64,000 bases of DNA from Acidobacteriota bacterium (GTDB lineage: Bacteria; Acidobacteriota; Thermoanaerobaculia; Multivoradales; UBA5704). Of this stretch, positions 28,690 through 37,828 are shown one piece after another (position 1 is the first letter of the stretch; each line of letters begins with the position of its first letter). The stretch is taken from the NCBI GenBank assembly GCA_040005235.1, contig JBDTZG010000028.1, positions 6,940 through 70,939 on the forward strand, in the 5' to 3' direction. The position numbers and the translations under genes are program-made. The notes under the pieces were generated by a model. The model made no database searches. It was not told the DNA's origin and was given only the letters and a program-made list of their open reading frames with translations.

Positions 28690-29010
28690 GCGGAGCCCGA
28701 TTGCCGGATTCGGGAGTTGAACCGCGTGTTTTGCGACGGCAAGCCGCGTTTCGGGACCGCATTCGCGGTTCTGGGACCGCAAGCCGCTTCCTGAGACGGA
28801 TAGCCGCTTCCTGGGACTTCTCGCCGCTTTCTGGGACGGATAGCCGCTTCCTGGGACTTCTCGCCGCTTCCTGGGACGGATAGCCGCTTCCTGGGACCTC
28901 TCTCCGCTTCCTGGGACGGATAGCCGCTTCCTGGGACTTCAAGCCGCTTCCTGGGACGGATAGCGACTTCCTGGGACAGATCGCGGAGTTTCGGGACGGC
29001 TACGCGCTTT
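28690..29010. repeat. Tandem direct repeat array: ~12-15 copies of a 15-bp core gccgcttcctgggac (degenerate at the 5' edge) separated by 5-6 nt, with an overall ~40-bp super-period ggatagccgcttcctgggacttctcgccgcttcctgggac
   Basis: This is read directly from the sequence. The spacers alternate ggatag / ttctcg / ctctct / ttcaag. The array lies between the 3' end of the ABC exporter gene and the 5' side of the XRE gene. Confidence 0.85.
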
Positions 29011-29059
29011 CCGCGGCGCGGAGCCGACTGCGGCGACTTTTCTCCGTGATTCCTGACCG

Positions 29060-30850
29060 TTAACTCGCCACGGCCAATTCTGCAGGCCGGGGGAGCGCGG
29101 GAACCATCGTCGGCCGCCGTTCGCCGATCTGCTGGCGCCACATGGCGAAGTAGAGACCTTTCAAGGCGAGCAGCTCGTCATGGCGGCCCGATTCGACGAT
29201 CCGGCCGTGTTCCAGGACGTGGATGCGGTCGGCGTGCATGATGGTCGAAAGCCGGTGGGCGATCAGGATCGTGATGACCTGGCTCGACGCCACCTCGCGG
29301 ATCGTGTCGGTGATCTCTTCCTCGGTCAGCGAATCGAGCGACGAGGTCGCCTCGTCGAACACCAGCAGGCGCGGTCGGCGGAGAAGAGCGCGAGCGATCG
29401 ACAGCCGCTGCTTTTCGCCGCCGGAGACTTTGACGCCCCCTTCGCCGATCACCGTGTCGAGACCGCGGTCGGCGCGCGCGAGCAGGCTTTCGCAGGCCGC
29501 TTTGTGGAGGACTTCCAGGCACTCGTCGTCGGTCGCATCCGGATTCACGAACAGCAGATTCTCGCGGATCGATCCGGAGAACAGCTGGGTGTCCTGGGTG
29601 ACGAAGCCGATCTGTACCCGCAGTTCGTCGAGGTCGATCTCTTCGCCCGACTTGCCGTTGTAGAGGACCCGTCCCCGGCCCGGGGAGTAGAGACCGACCA
29701 GCAGCTTGACCAGCGTCGTCTTGCCCGAGCCGGAAGGGCCGACGAATGCAGCGGTCTCTCCCCGGTGCAGCGAGAACGAGATGTCGGAGAGCGCCGGGGC
29801 GGACGCGGTCTGGTGGGTGAAGCCGACGTTTTCGAAGTCGAGAGTGGTGAGCTGGCCCAAAGGAAGCGGATTCACCGGCTTCGCCTCGATCGGGGTGGCG
29901 AGCACGGTCTGGAACATCTCGAGCGACGCTTCCGTCTCGCGGTAGGTGTTGATCACCGTCCCCAGCTCCTGGAGCGGGCCGAAGATGAAGAAGGAGTAGA
30001 TGAACAGCGAGAAGAACTGCCCGACCGTGATCTGCTGGGTAAAGATCAGGTAGAGCATCAAGAACAGGATTGAGGTCCGCATCGCGTTGACCAGCGTCCC
30101 CTGGATGAAGCTCAACAGGCGGAGCGATTTAACCTTCTTGAGCTCCAGCTGGAGGATCTTCGCGGTCGTCGCATTCAGCCGGCCGATCTCTTGCCGCGCG
30201 AGGCCCAGGCTTTTGACCAGCTCGATGTTGCGCAGCGATTCGGTGGTCGCCCCGGCGAGCGCCGTAGTCTCGGCGACGATCACCTTCTGGATCTTCTTGA
30301 TCCGTTTCGACAGCACCGAACTCAAGATCCCGATCAACGGCACGGTGAGCAGATAGACCGGCGCGATGATCCAGTGCACGCTCGCGGCGTAGATCATCAC
30401 GAAGACCACGCCGACTAGCGTCGTGAACAACAGGTTGACCGCGATCGCGATCAGCTTTTCCACGTCCGACCGCACCTTCTGGAGACGTCCGAGCGTCTCG
30501 CCGCTCCGCTGGTCTTCAAACAGCGAGTAAGGCAGCTCCAGCGAATGGCGGACGCCGTCCGAATAGAGATCGGCACCGACCCGCTGAGTGACGACGTTGA
30601 CGAAATAGTCCTGGAAGTTCTTGGCCACGCGCGACACGAACGCCACACCGACCGCCGCGGCGAGCAGGAGCGACACGCCGCGGAAGAACTGCTCGGTGGT
30701 GTACTCGGAGTAACGAGTGGCGTATTCGTCGATGACGTGACGAAAAATCAGGGGATCGAGCAGAGAGAAGACCTGATTGATCGCCGCCAGCACCAGGGCG
30801 AGCACCACCAGACCCCAGTAGCGACGGAGGTAGGAGTAGAGAAGTTTCAT
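29060..30850 (-). CDS. ABC transporter, fused transmembrane + ATPase (type I exporter, MsbA/ABCB-like)
   Basis: 596 aa. The six-TM domain is followed by Walker A GPSGSGKTT, the ABC signature VSGGEKQRLSIARA and Walker B LLVFDEATSSLD. Confidence 0.9.
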   Translation of the reverse strand: MKLLYSYLRRYWGLVVLALVLAAINQVFSLLDPLIFRHVIDEYATRYSEYTTEQFFRGVSLLLAAAVGVAFVSRVAKNFQDYFVNVVTQRVGADLYSDGVRHSLELPYSLFEDQRSGETLGRLQKVRSDVEKLIAIAVNLLFTTLVGVVFVMIYAASVHWIIAPVYLLTVPLIGILSSVLSKRIKKIQKVIVAETTALAGATTESLRNIELVKSLGLARQEIGRLNATTAKILQLELKKVKSLRLLSFIQGTLVNAMRTSILFLMLYLIFTQQITVGQFFSLFIYSFFIFGPLQELGTVINTYRETEASLEMFQTVLATPIEAKPVNPLPLGQLTTLDFENVGFTHQTASAPALSDISFSLHRGETAAFVGPSGSGKTTLVKLLVGLYSPGRGRVLYNGKSGEEIDLDELRVQIGFVTQDTQLFSGSIRENLLFVNPDATDDECLEVLHKAACESLLARADRGLDTVIGEGGVKVSGGEKQRLSIARALLRRPRLLVFDEATSSLDSLTEEEITDTIREVASSQVITILIAHRLSTIMHADRIHVLEHGRIVESGRHDELLALKGLYFAMWRQQIGERRPTMVPALPRPAELAVAS

Positions 30851-30952
30851 AGGCGAACTATATAGGATGTGGGGGCCTTGGGCCGATGCCCGCCGGCCTC
30901 AGGTGCTACGTTGGCTCAGGGGGAAGTGCCAGTGCGTGGACGCCGTTCGAGC

Positions 30953-31561
30953 TCAGGCGAGGTCATTCTCGCCTCCGATCACGAAGAGCTTCAGCTGGGA
31001 GGCGATGCGCGCGACAAAGGAGTCGTTGCGGGCGCGCTTGCCGCGCCATTCCGCGCGCGTCATCACGGTGGGATGGACCGGCCGGGAGAGGTGAGCCTCC
31101 GTAGGTTCGAGGGCGGCAAAGACATCGGCGTATTCTAGGTCGTCGCTCAATACCAGAAGGTCGAGATCGCTGTGAGCCCGGTCGCTCCCCTTCGCGAGTG
31201 AGCCATAGACGAAGGCTGCCGCAATGCGACGGCTGAGCGGTTCGAGGGCGGCGCGGATCGGCTCGACGATTCCGACGGTCTTTTCGACCAAGCCACGCAG
31301 CTCCGGGAAGATCGGCGACTTCGGGTCGGCCTGGTAGTACTTTTGATTTCCCGCGTGGGTGGCGAGGACGAGGCCGCTCGCTTCGAGTCTTTGGAGCTGA
31401 CGATGCACGGCGCCGGTGCCGCTGTCGGCGAGGCGAATCAGCTCGGCGCTCTGGAATCGCCTTTCGGGTTGTCCGAAGAGAAGGCCCAACACCCGCTGTT
31501 GAACCGGGGTGAACAGCGCTGCGGCGAGCCCGCTATCGGTGTTTTCTACGACCGTTCCCAT
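30953..31561 (-). CDS. Winged-HTH (MarR/ArsR-like) + nucleotidyltransferase-domain fusion protein
   Basis: The start is at the internal Met (MGTVVENTDSG...). The wHTH is QQRVLGLLFGQPERRFQSAELIRLADSGTGAVHRQLQRLEASGLV. The NTase motif is VYGSLAKGSDRAHSDLDLLVL. It is encoded immediately downstream of ftsZ on the same strand. Confidence 0.65.
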   Translation of the reverse strand: MGTVVENTDSGLAAALFTPVQQRVLGLLFGQPERRFQSAELIRLADSGTGAVHRQLQRLEASGLVLATHAGNQKYYQADPKSPIFPELRGLVEKTVGIVEPIRAALEPLSRRIAAAFVYGSLAKGSDRAHSDLDLLVLSDDLEYADVFAALEPTEAHLSRPVHPTVMTRAEWRGKRARNDSFVARIASQLKLFVIGGENDLA

Positions 31562-31700
31562 AATGGGAATGATCCTACCCGAATTGGGAACGATTGTCGT
31601 CCCGCGACTCAACAACCGACACCCGCCCGCTTCCGGCCCCAAGGGGGTTAAGGCCGGGGGGCGGACGGGTGTCGCACTGCGGAACCTACGTTTCCTGCGG

Positions 31701-32975
31701 TCAGTCCATCTGCTTGCGCAGCACGGTCGGGATGTCGTAGTCGTCGACGTTCGACCAGTTCGGGCCGAAGCCGCCCGGATCTTCGCCGCGGCCTTGGGCG
31801 ATCACCTTGCGGTAGAACGGCACGTCCATCTCCGGCTCGGGCTCCGAACGGTCGAAGACCGGCGCTGCGGCGAGGCTCTGGACCGGCGAAATCGGCGAGA
31901 GGTTCTGCGGCGGCACCGCCATCGGCCGGTGGACGCCGAGGACGGGATTGGCCCGGGCGCGCAGGCCCTCGACCCGGTCGAAGCCGGTCGCGATCACGGT
32001 GACCTTCATCGCGTCGTCGAGCGTCGGGTCGATCACCATGCCGGTGATGATGTTGGCGTCCGGATCGACCGCTTCCTGAATGATCCGGGCCGCTTCGTTC
32101 ACCTCGTGGAGGGTGAGGTCGTGGCCGCCGGAGATGTTGATCAACACCCCCTTGGCCCCCTGGATCGAGGTCTCTTCGAGCAGCGGCGACGAGACCGCGC
32201 GCTGCGCCGCCTCGATCGCCCGGCTCTCGCCGCGGGCGATGCCGGTGCCCATCAACGCCATTCCCATGCCGGTCATGATCGTCCGTACGTCGGCGAAATC
32301 GACGTTGATCTCGCCCGGCACCGTGATCAAGTCGCTGATGCCCTGCACCGCCTGGCGCAGCACGTCGTCGGCGATCCGGAACGCCTCGGTGAGCGGCGTA
32401 CCGCGCTCGACGAAGTTGAGCAGGCGCTCGTTCGGAATCGTGATCAGCGTGTCGACCGACGCGCGCAGCTCTTCCACCCCCCGCTCGGCGAGCTGCATCC
32501 GGCGGCGTCCTTCGAAGCCGAAGGGCTTGGTGACGATCGCCACCGTCAGCGCACCGATTTGCGCCGCGAGCGAGGCGAGGATCGGCACCGCGCCGGTTCC
32601 CGTGCCGCCGCCCAGGCCGGCGGTCAGGAACACCATGTCCGCGCCGTCGAGCACTTCCAAAATCCGCTCGGAGTCTTCCAGAGCGGACTTCCTGCCCACC
32701 TCCGGATCTGCGCCCGCGCCGAGGCCTTTGGTCAACAGGGTGCCGAGCTGGATTTTGGTCCGTGCCCGGCACTTGGCGAGAGCTTGGAGGTCGGTGTTGG
32801 CGGCCACAAATTCGATGCCGCGCAAATTGGCATCGATCATCCGGTTGACCGCGTTACCGCCCCCGCCACCCACGCCGATGACCTTGATCCGAGCGGGAAC
32901 GATGTCGAGGCTCTGCATCACGATCGTGTGCTCGAGCTCCTCGTTCGCTGCATCCTGGTCGTCGAAGAGAATCAT
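31701..32975 (-). CDS. ftsZ: Cell division GTPase FtsZ
   Basis: It has [14 protein letters not shown] and the tubulin signature [15 protein letters not shown], with a C-terminal linker and conserved tail (DIPTVLRKQ). The start may be the second Met, 19 codons downstream. Confidence 0.95.
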   Translation of the reverse strand: MILFDDQDAANEELEHTIVMQSLDIVPARIKVIGVGGGGGNAVNRMIDANLRGIEFVAANTDLQALAKCRARTKIQLGTLLTKGLGAGADPEVGRKSALEDSERILEVLDGADMVFLTAGLGGGTGTGAVPILASLAAQIGALTVAIVTKPFGFEGRRRMQLAERGVEELRASVDTLITIPNERLLNFVERGTPLTEAFRIADDVLRQAVQGISDLITVPGEINVDFADVRTIMTGMGMALMGTGIARGESRAIEAAQRAVSSPLLEETSIQGAKGVLINISGGHDLTLHEVNEAARIIQEAVDPDANIITGMVIDPTLDDAMKVTVIATGFDRVEGLRARANPVLGVHRPMAVPPQNLSPISPVQSLAAAPVFDRSEPEPEMDVPFYRKVIAQGRGEDPGGFGPNWSNVDDYDIPTVLRKQMD

Positions 32976-33034
32976 GCGTTACCCCCTTGGTTCGATTTTC
33001 CGCTGCGTTTCATTCTTCGATTCCGAGTCAATTC

Positions 33035-34279
33035 CTAGAGCAGATCCGAGAACATGCCGCGCAGGCTCCCCATCACGCCGCGCACGCTAAAGCCTGCCTT
33101 CTTCTTCTGAGCTTTGCCCTGCCGCGATTCTTCCGCCGCGAGGCCGTAGAGCAAGAGTCCCGAGGCGGTCGACCAGCTCGGGTTGCTGATCACGTCGACC
33201 AGGCCGCCGAGCCCGCGCGGCAGGCCGTAGCGGACACCGGCGTCGAACATCTGCTCGGTCAGTTCGAGCAAACCGTCGAGCTGCGCGCCGCCTCCCGTCA
33301 AGACCACGCCGCCGCGCAGGGAGTCCTCCGAGGCGTGGCGCATCAGATCCTCGCGCAGCAGGCCGAAAAGCTCCTCGGCGCGCGGCTGAAGGATCTCGCA
33401 CAGCTCGCGGCGCGGCACCACGCGCGAGGAGCCTCCGGCGACCGTGGGGACCGAGATCCCTTCGTCGTCGGTGACCATGCTCGCCATGCAGCAGCCGTGT
33501 TTGGTCTTGATCTTTTCGGCTTCGGCAAACGGCGTGCGCAGCACCATCGCGATGTCGTTGGTGAAATGGCCCGCGCCGATCGGCGCCACCGCGCTGTATT
33601 GGATCTCGCCGTCGGCGAACAGGGCGTATTCGGTGGTGCCGGCGCCCACGTCGATCAACAGCGAGCCGAGCTCTCGCTCGTCCGGCGTCAGCACCGCCTC
33701 GGCGGTCGCGAGCGGCTCGAAGACCATCTCGATCACCTCGATGCCCGCGCGGTTGACGCAGGTGAGCAAGGTTTTCGAGCGGGTGATGTTGCCGGTCACG
33801 AGGTGGACCATCACCTCCAGGCGGCTGCCCAGCATGCCGAGCGGATCGCCAATTCCCCCCTGCTCGTCGACCAGGAACTCCTGCGGGATGGCGTGCAGGA
33901 TCTCGCGGTCGGAGGGGAGCGCCGCGGACTTTGCCGCGTCGAGCACGCGTTGGATGTCCGGCCGCGCGATTTCGCGATCCTTGCGCGCCACGGAGACCAT
34001 GCCGCGCGAGTTGACGCTCCGGATGTCGGCGCCCGAGATGCCCACGTAGGCGCGCGAGATCTCCTGGCCGGCCATCACCTCGGCCTCCTCGCTCGCCGCC
34101 TTGAGCGCCTCGACGGTCGCCTCGACGTTGACGATGTTGCCCTTGCGCGTGCCGCGATTGGGCGCAAGGCCCTTGCCCACGACCTCCAGGCCGCCTTTGG
34201 CGTCCCTTTGGCCGATGAGCACGCCCACTTTGGACGACCCGATGTCGATCGCTACGAAATACGGTTCCGGTTTCGCCAT
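33035..34279 (-). CDS. ftsA: Cell division protein FtsA (actin-like ATPase)
   Basis: The N-terminus YFVAIDIGSSKVGVLIG is followed by the actin-fold phosphate motifs (DVGAGTTEY, VLTGGGAQL). 414 aa. Confidence 0.95.
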   Translation of the reverse strand: MAKPEPYFVAIDIGSSKVGVLIGQRDAKGGLEVVGKGLAPNRGTRKGNIVNVEATVEALKAASEEAEVMAGQEISRAYVGISGADIRSVNSRGMVSVARKDREIARPDIQRVLDAAKSAALPSDREILHAIPQEFLVDEQGGIGDPLGMLGSRLEVMVHLVTGNITRSKTLLTCVNRAGIEVIEMVFEPLATAEAVLTPDERELGSLLIDVGAGTTEYALFADGEIQYSAVAPIGAGHFTNDIAMVLRTPFAEAEKIKTKHGCCMASMVTDDEGISVPTVAGGSSRVVPRRELCEILQPRAEELFGLLREDLMRHASEDSLRGGVVLTGGGAQLDGLLELTEQMFDAGVRYGLPRGLGGLVDVISNPSWSTASGLLLYGLAAEESRQGKAQKKKAGFSVRGVMGSLRGMFSDLL

Positions 34280-34290
34280 AGGCTCGACCC

Positions 34291-35238
34291 TCAGCTTGCC
34301 AATCTCGAAGCGGCTTCTTCCGAGCGCGCGCCGGCCGACGCGCCTTCAGCCGCAGGTTGCACCACGATCCGGTGGGAGAAGCGCAGATCCACGGCCGCGA
34401 GGGTGGGATACCGCTCGGCGAGCCGGGGGAGCAACGTCTCCAACCGGTGGACTTTGTCGATCACATCGCCGTCGCGGACCAGCAGCGGAAAAGGCAAAAC
34501 GCCGATCCGCAGACGGAAATCTTCCTCGCCCAACACCTCGATCTCAGCCAGGCGCGCGGCCCAGTCGGGATTTGCCTTGCCCAGCTCGGCGGCGACGCCG
34601 AGCGCACGGGCCACGCCATTGGGAACCGGCGTGGCGAAACTGACCACCAGAAAGCCACCCGCCGCCCTCGGCGCCCCCGGGCCCCCCGGCCCGACACTCG
34701 ATTCGGCCAAAGCGCGCTCGCGGGCGATCTCCTGCGCCGCCTCCGCCGCGGAAAGCGGCGCGATCGCCTTGCCGGCAGCATCGGCCCAGAACAGGCGACC
34801 GCCGCTGCGCAAGAAGACCGCGGGCTTCTTCTCGGACACCCGGACCACCAGCCGGCCCGGCAATTCCTTGGCGATCTCCAACGAATCGACCCAGGGGTGG
34901 ACCGACAGACGTTCCGCCGCCGCCGACAGCGGCAGCAACGGCAGATTGCGGCCGAGGAGAGGCGCGAGGCGGGCGCGAATCCAGCTCTCGCCCACCCGGC
35001 CGGCCCCTTCGATCTTGATCTCGGAGAGGGCGAACTGCGGCGCGGTAGCCACCCAGAATCCCCCCGCAAGCGGCACCCCGAGGATCGCGAGAGCGGAGCC
35101 CAAGGGGCGCATCAGCTTGCGCCATAGGCTCCGGCGCTTCCGCTTCGGCGGACCCTGGGAGCGGCGGAACGGGATCACGTTGCCGCCCGGGCCGTCCCCT
35201 TCCGCATGGCCTGCGGCTCCGAAGCCGTCGTGCTTCAT
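34291..35238 (-). CDS. ftsQ: Cell division protein FtsQ/DivIB (POTRA domain)
   Basis: It has a basic cytoplasmic N-terminus, a single TM helix (LGSALAILGVPLAGGFWVA), and a POTRA-like region FALSEIKIEGAGRV. It lies between murC and ftsA, and its start overlaps the murC stop (ATGA). Confidence 0.8.
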   Translation of the reverse strand: MKHDGFGAAGHAEGDGPGGNVIPFRRSQGPPKRKRRSLWRKLMRPLGSALAILGVPLAGGFWVATAPQFALSEIKIEGAGRVGESWIRARLAPLLGRNLPLLPLSAAAERLSVHPWVDSLEIAKELPGRLVVRVSEKKPAVFLRSGGRLFWADAAGKAIAPLSAAEAAQEIARERALAESSVGPGGPGAPRAAGGFLVVSFATPVPNGVARALGVAAELGKANPDWAARLAEIEVLGEEDFRLRIGVLPFPLLVRDGDVIDKVHRLETLLPRLAERYPTLAAVDLRFSHRIVVQPAAEGASAGARSEEAASRLAS

Positions 35239-36656
35239 GACGCGGCCTCCACTTCCGCTGGAACCGTTTCCGCCACCAGCTCGCGGCCCAGTTTGTAGAT
35301 GTCGCCGGCTCCGAGCGTGAGCACCAGATCGCCCGGCGCGACCTCCGCGGCGAGCACTCCATGGGCGTCGTGCCAGGAGGGGCAGTAGACGACGTTGCGG
35401 TGACCGCTCTTCGTCGCCTCTTCGACCACCCGCTCGCCGGTGACTCCCGGGATCGGCTGCTCGCGCGAGGCGTAGACGTCGGTGACCACCGCGCGGTCGG
35501 CGCCCAGGAGCGCGCGGCCGAACGCCTCAGCCTGGTCCTGGGTGCGCGAATAGAGATGCGGCTGGAACACGGCGTGGACCTTGCCGCGCGGGAAGCTCTG
35601 GCGTGCCGCTTCGAGGGTGGCCGTCACCTCCGTCGGGTGGTGCGCGTAGTCGTCGACCACGGTAGCGCCGCGCCAGGTGCCGATCGTCTCGAACCGGCGG
35701 TGCACCCCTTTGAACGTCGCGATCGCCGCTGCGATCGCGGCGAATTCAAGCCCCAGCACAAGGCCGATGCCGATCGCGGCGAGCGCGTTTCGGACGTTGT
35801 GGCGGCCGGGCATCGGCAGCTCGATCGAACCCAGCAGGCCGCGCTCCCGGCTGCGCACGCCGAAGCGGACGCCGCCCGAGGCTCCGAAGGTCGGCTCCAT
35901 ATCGACCGCCGCGAGATCGGCCTGCGGCGCGAAGCCGTAGGTGATGATTCGGCGCTCGGCGATCCGCGGCAGGATGGTCTGGACGTTCGCGTCATCCAGG
36001 CAGACCAGCACCCGGCCGAAGAACGGCACCCGGTTGGCGAACGCCACGAACGCGTCGAGGATCGCCTCCATCGTGCCGTAGGTGTCCAGGTGGTCGCGGT
36101 CGATGTTGGTGAGCACCGCGACGATCGGCGCGAGGGTCAAGAAGCTGCGATCGAACTCGTCGGCCTCGGCCACCAGGTACTGGCTGTGGCCCAGGCGGGC
36201 CCCGGTGCCGAGTACCCGGACTCTGCCGCCGACGATGACCGTCGGGTCGAGCCCCGCCTCGGTGAGCACGTGGCCGACCAGCGAGGTGGTGGTCGTCTTG
36301 CCGTGGGTGCCGGCGATCGCGAGGCCGTATTTGAGGCGCATCAGCTCGGCGAGCATCTCGGCGCGGCGGACCACCGGAATGCCGCGTCGCCGCGCCTCGC
36401 GGATCTCCGGGTTCTCTTCCGGCACGGCCGAGGAGACCACCACCACGTCGGCGCGGTCGACGTTTTCGGTCGCGTGGCCGATCTGGATCGTCGCGCCGAG
36501 CGAGGCGAGCCGCTCGGTCGCTTCGCCTCCGGCCTGATCGCTGCCCGAGACCTCCAGGTCGTATTCGAGCAGGATCTCGGCGATGCTGCTCATCCCGGCG
36601 CCGCCGATGCCGACGAAATGAATGCGCGAGAGGTCGGCGAATTGGGCGAAGCTCAT
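35235..36656 (-). CDS. murC: UDP-N-acetylmuramate--L-alanine ligase
   Basis: It has IHFVGIGGAGMSSIAE and the Mur-ligase P-loop GTHGKTTTTS. 473 aa. It shows ATGA overlap with the murG stop. Confidence 0.95.
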   Translation of the reverse strand: MSFAQFADLSRIHFVGIGGAGMSSIAEILLEYDLEVSGSDQAGGEATERLASLGATIQIGHATENVDRADVVVVSSAVPEENPEIREARRRGIPVVRRAEMLAELMRLKYGLAIAGTHGKTTTTSLVGHVLTEAGLDPTVIVGGRVRVLGTGARLGHSQYLVAEADEFDRSFLTLAPIVAVLTNIDRDHLDTYGTMEAILDAFVAFANRVPFFGRVLVCLDDANVQTILPRIAERRIITYGFAPQADLAAVDMEPTFGASGGVRFGVRSRERGLLGSIELPMPGRHNVRNALAAIGIGLVLGLEFAAIAAAIATFKGVHRRFETIGTWRGATVVDDYAHHPTEVTATLEAARQSFPRGKVHAVFQPHLYSRTQDQAEAFGRALLGADRAVVTDVYASREQPIPGVTGERVVEEATKSGHRNVVYCPSWHDAHGVLAAEVAPGDLVLTLGAGDIYKLGRELVAETVPAEVEAAS

Positions 36657-37828
36657 CGCGACCCTCCCGATCCGGTGGCTGCGGCGGGCCGCGCCACGGC
36701 TTCCAGCGCGTCGGCGATCGCCGCGACGGCGCGCGGCTTGGAGAGCGACCGGGCAGCCGCCGCCCGGCGCGCCAGGCCTTCCCGATCCGCCAACAGGTCG
36801 ATCAATTTATTTGCGAGCCGGGCGGCCAAGCGCTCGGCGAACGGCTCTCCCGACTCGCTGGAATCGCCTTCGACCAGCACCTCCGCCGCTCCCGCCCGTT
36901 CGAGCAGACGAGCGTTTTCGATCTGGTGCCCCTTGGCGATCGTAAGCGGCAGGAACAGCGCCGGCCGACCCGCGGCGCAGATCTCGGCGACCGTCACCGC
37001 CCCGGCGCGCGAAACGATCAGATGGCTCTGGGAGAGTGCCGAGGCGACGTCCTCGATGAACGGCACGACGGAGACCCGCGCGAGCAACGCGTCGTCGAGC
37101 CCCGCCGCGCGATAGGCGGCGAGCGTCTCGTCGACGTTCTTGCCCCCGGCCTGGTGGCGGATCGAAAGATCGGGGATCTCGGTCAGCAGCCGGCGGGCGG
37201 CCTCCGGCATCGCCCGGTTGACCTGGCGCGCCCCCTGGCTGCCGCCGAGCACCAGCAGCCGCGGCGGTCCGGCCGGCAGGTCGGCCGCAATCTCGAAGAA
37301 CGCTTCGCGCACCGGCACGCCGGTCACCGTGGAGCGGCAGGCGAGATCGCGGCGGGTGTCTTCGAAAGCGACGGCCGCCGCGGTGGCACAGCGCGCGAGC
37401 ATCCGATTTGCCACTCCGGCTCGGGCGTTCAGCTCCAGCAGCAGGATCGGCCGTCCGGCGAGGCGCGCGCCGACCACCGCGGGCGCCGAGGCGTAGCCGC
37501 CGGTTCCAAGCACCGCGTCGACGTCGAGCCGCTTTACCAATGCGCGCGCCGCCACACTCGACCGGACCAGTGTGGCGAGGGCGCCGATCTTCGCGCCGAC
37601 GCCCCGGCCGAGGAACGCTTTGGCCGGCAACGGATGAAACGGCCAGCCCTCCTGCGGCACCAGGCGCGCTTCGAGGCCCGCGGCCGAACCGGCGTAGCTG
37701 ATGGTCCAGCCGCGCGACGCCAGCTCCCGGCCGACGGCGATCGCCGGGAAGACGTGGCCCCCCGTGCCGCCCCCTGCGAGCAGGGCGTGGCGGGGGCGCG
37801 CGGCGGAGGCGGAGGTCGCTTCGCTCAT
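36653..37828 (-). CDS. murG: UDP-N-acetylglucosamine--N-acetylmuramyl-(pentapeptide) pyrophosphoryl-undecaprenol GlcNAc transferase
   Basis: The start is at the internal Met MSEATSASAARPRHALLAGGGTGGHVFPA (G-loop). 391 aa. The 820-aa track ORF is a read-through into ftsW. It shows ATGA overlap with the ftsW stop. Confidence 0.95.
   Translation of the reverse strand: MSEATSASAARPRHALLAGGGTGGHVFPAIAVGRELASRGWTISYAGSAAGLEARLVPQEGWPFHPLPAKAFLGRGVGAKIGALATLVRSSVAARALVKRLDVDAVLGTGGYASAPAVVGARLAGRPILLLELNARAGVANRMLARCATAAAVAFEDTRRDLACRSTVTGVPVREAFFEIAADLPAGPPRLLVLGGSQGARQVNRAMPEAARRLLTEIPDLSIRHQAGGKNVDETLAAYRAAGLDDALLARVSVVPFIEDVASALSQSHLIVSRAGAVTVAEICAAGRPALFLPLTIAKGHQIENARLLERAGAAEVLVEGDSSESGEPFAERLAARLANKLIDLLADREGLARRAAAARSLSKPRAVAAIADALEAVARPAAATGSGGSR

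Noticed and set aside
28690-29010. Possible CRISPR array, since there are regularly spaced direct repeats
   Set aside because: The repeat core is only 15 bp and the 'spacers' are 5-6 nt of alternating near-identical sequence. There are no cas genes or leader. This is a tandem/minisatellite-type repeat, not CRISPR.
28464-29141. 225-aa minus-strand ORF encoding a P/E/S/G-rich repeat protein (IRPRKRLEVPGSGYPSQEA x n)
   Set aside because: The periodicity arises from translating the 15-bp DNA tandem repeat. There is no start context, and it overlaps the XRE gene start. A DNA-level repeat is the simpler explanation, although a coding repeat protein cannot be fully excluded.
31648-35362. Multiple long ORFs (31648..32772 -, 32080..33090 +, 32987..35320 +, 34544..35362 -) across ftsZ/ftsA/ftsQ
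   Set aside because: They are alternative-frame or antisense ORFs with Arg/Pro/Gly-rich composition. The FtsZ/FtsA/FtsQ frames are unambiguous.
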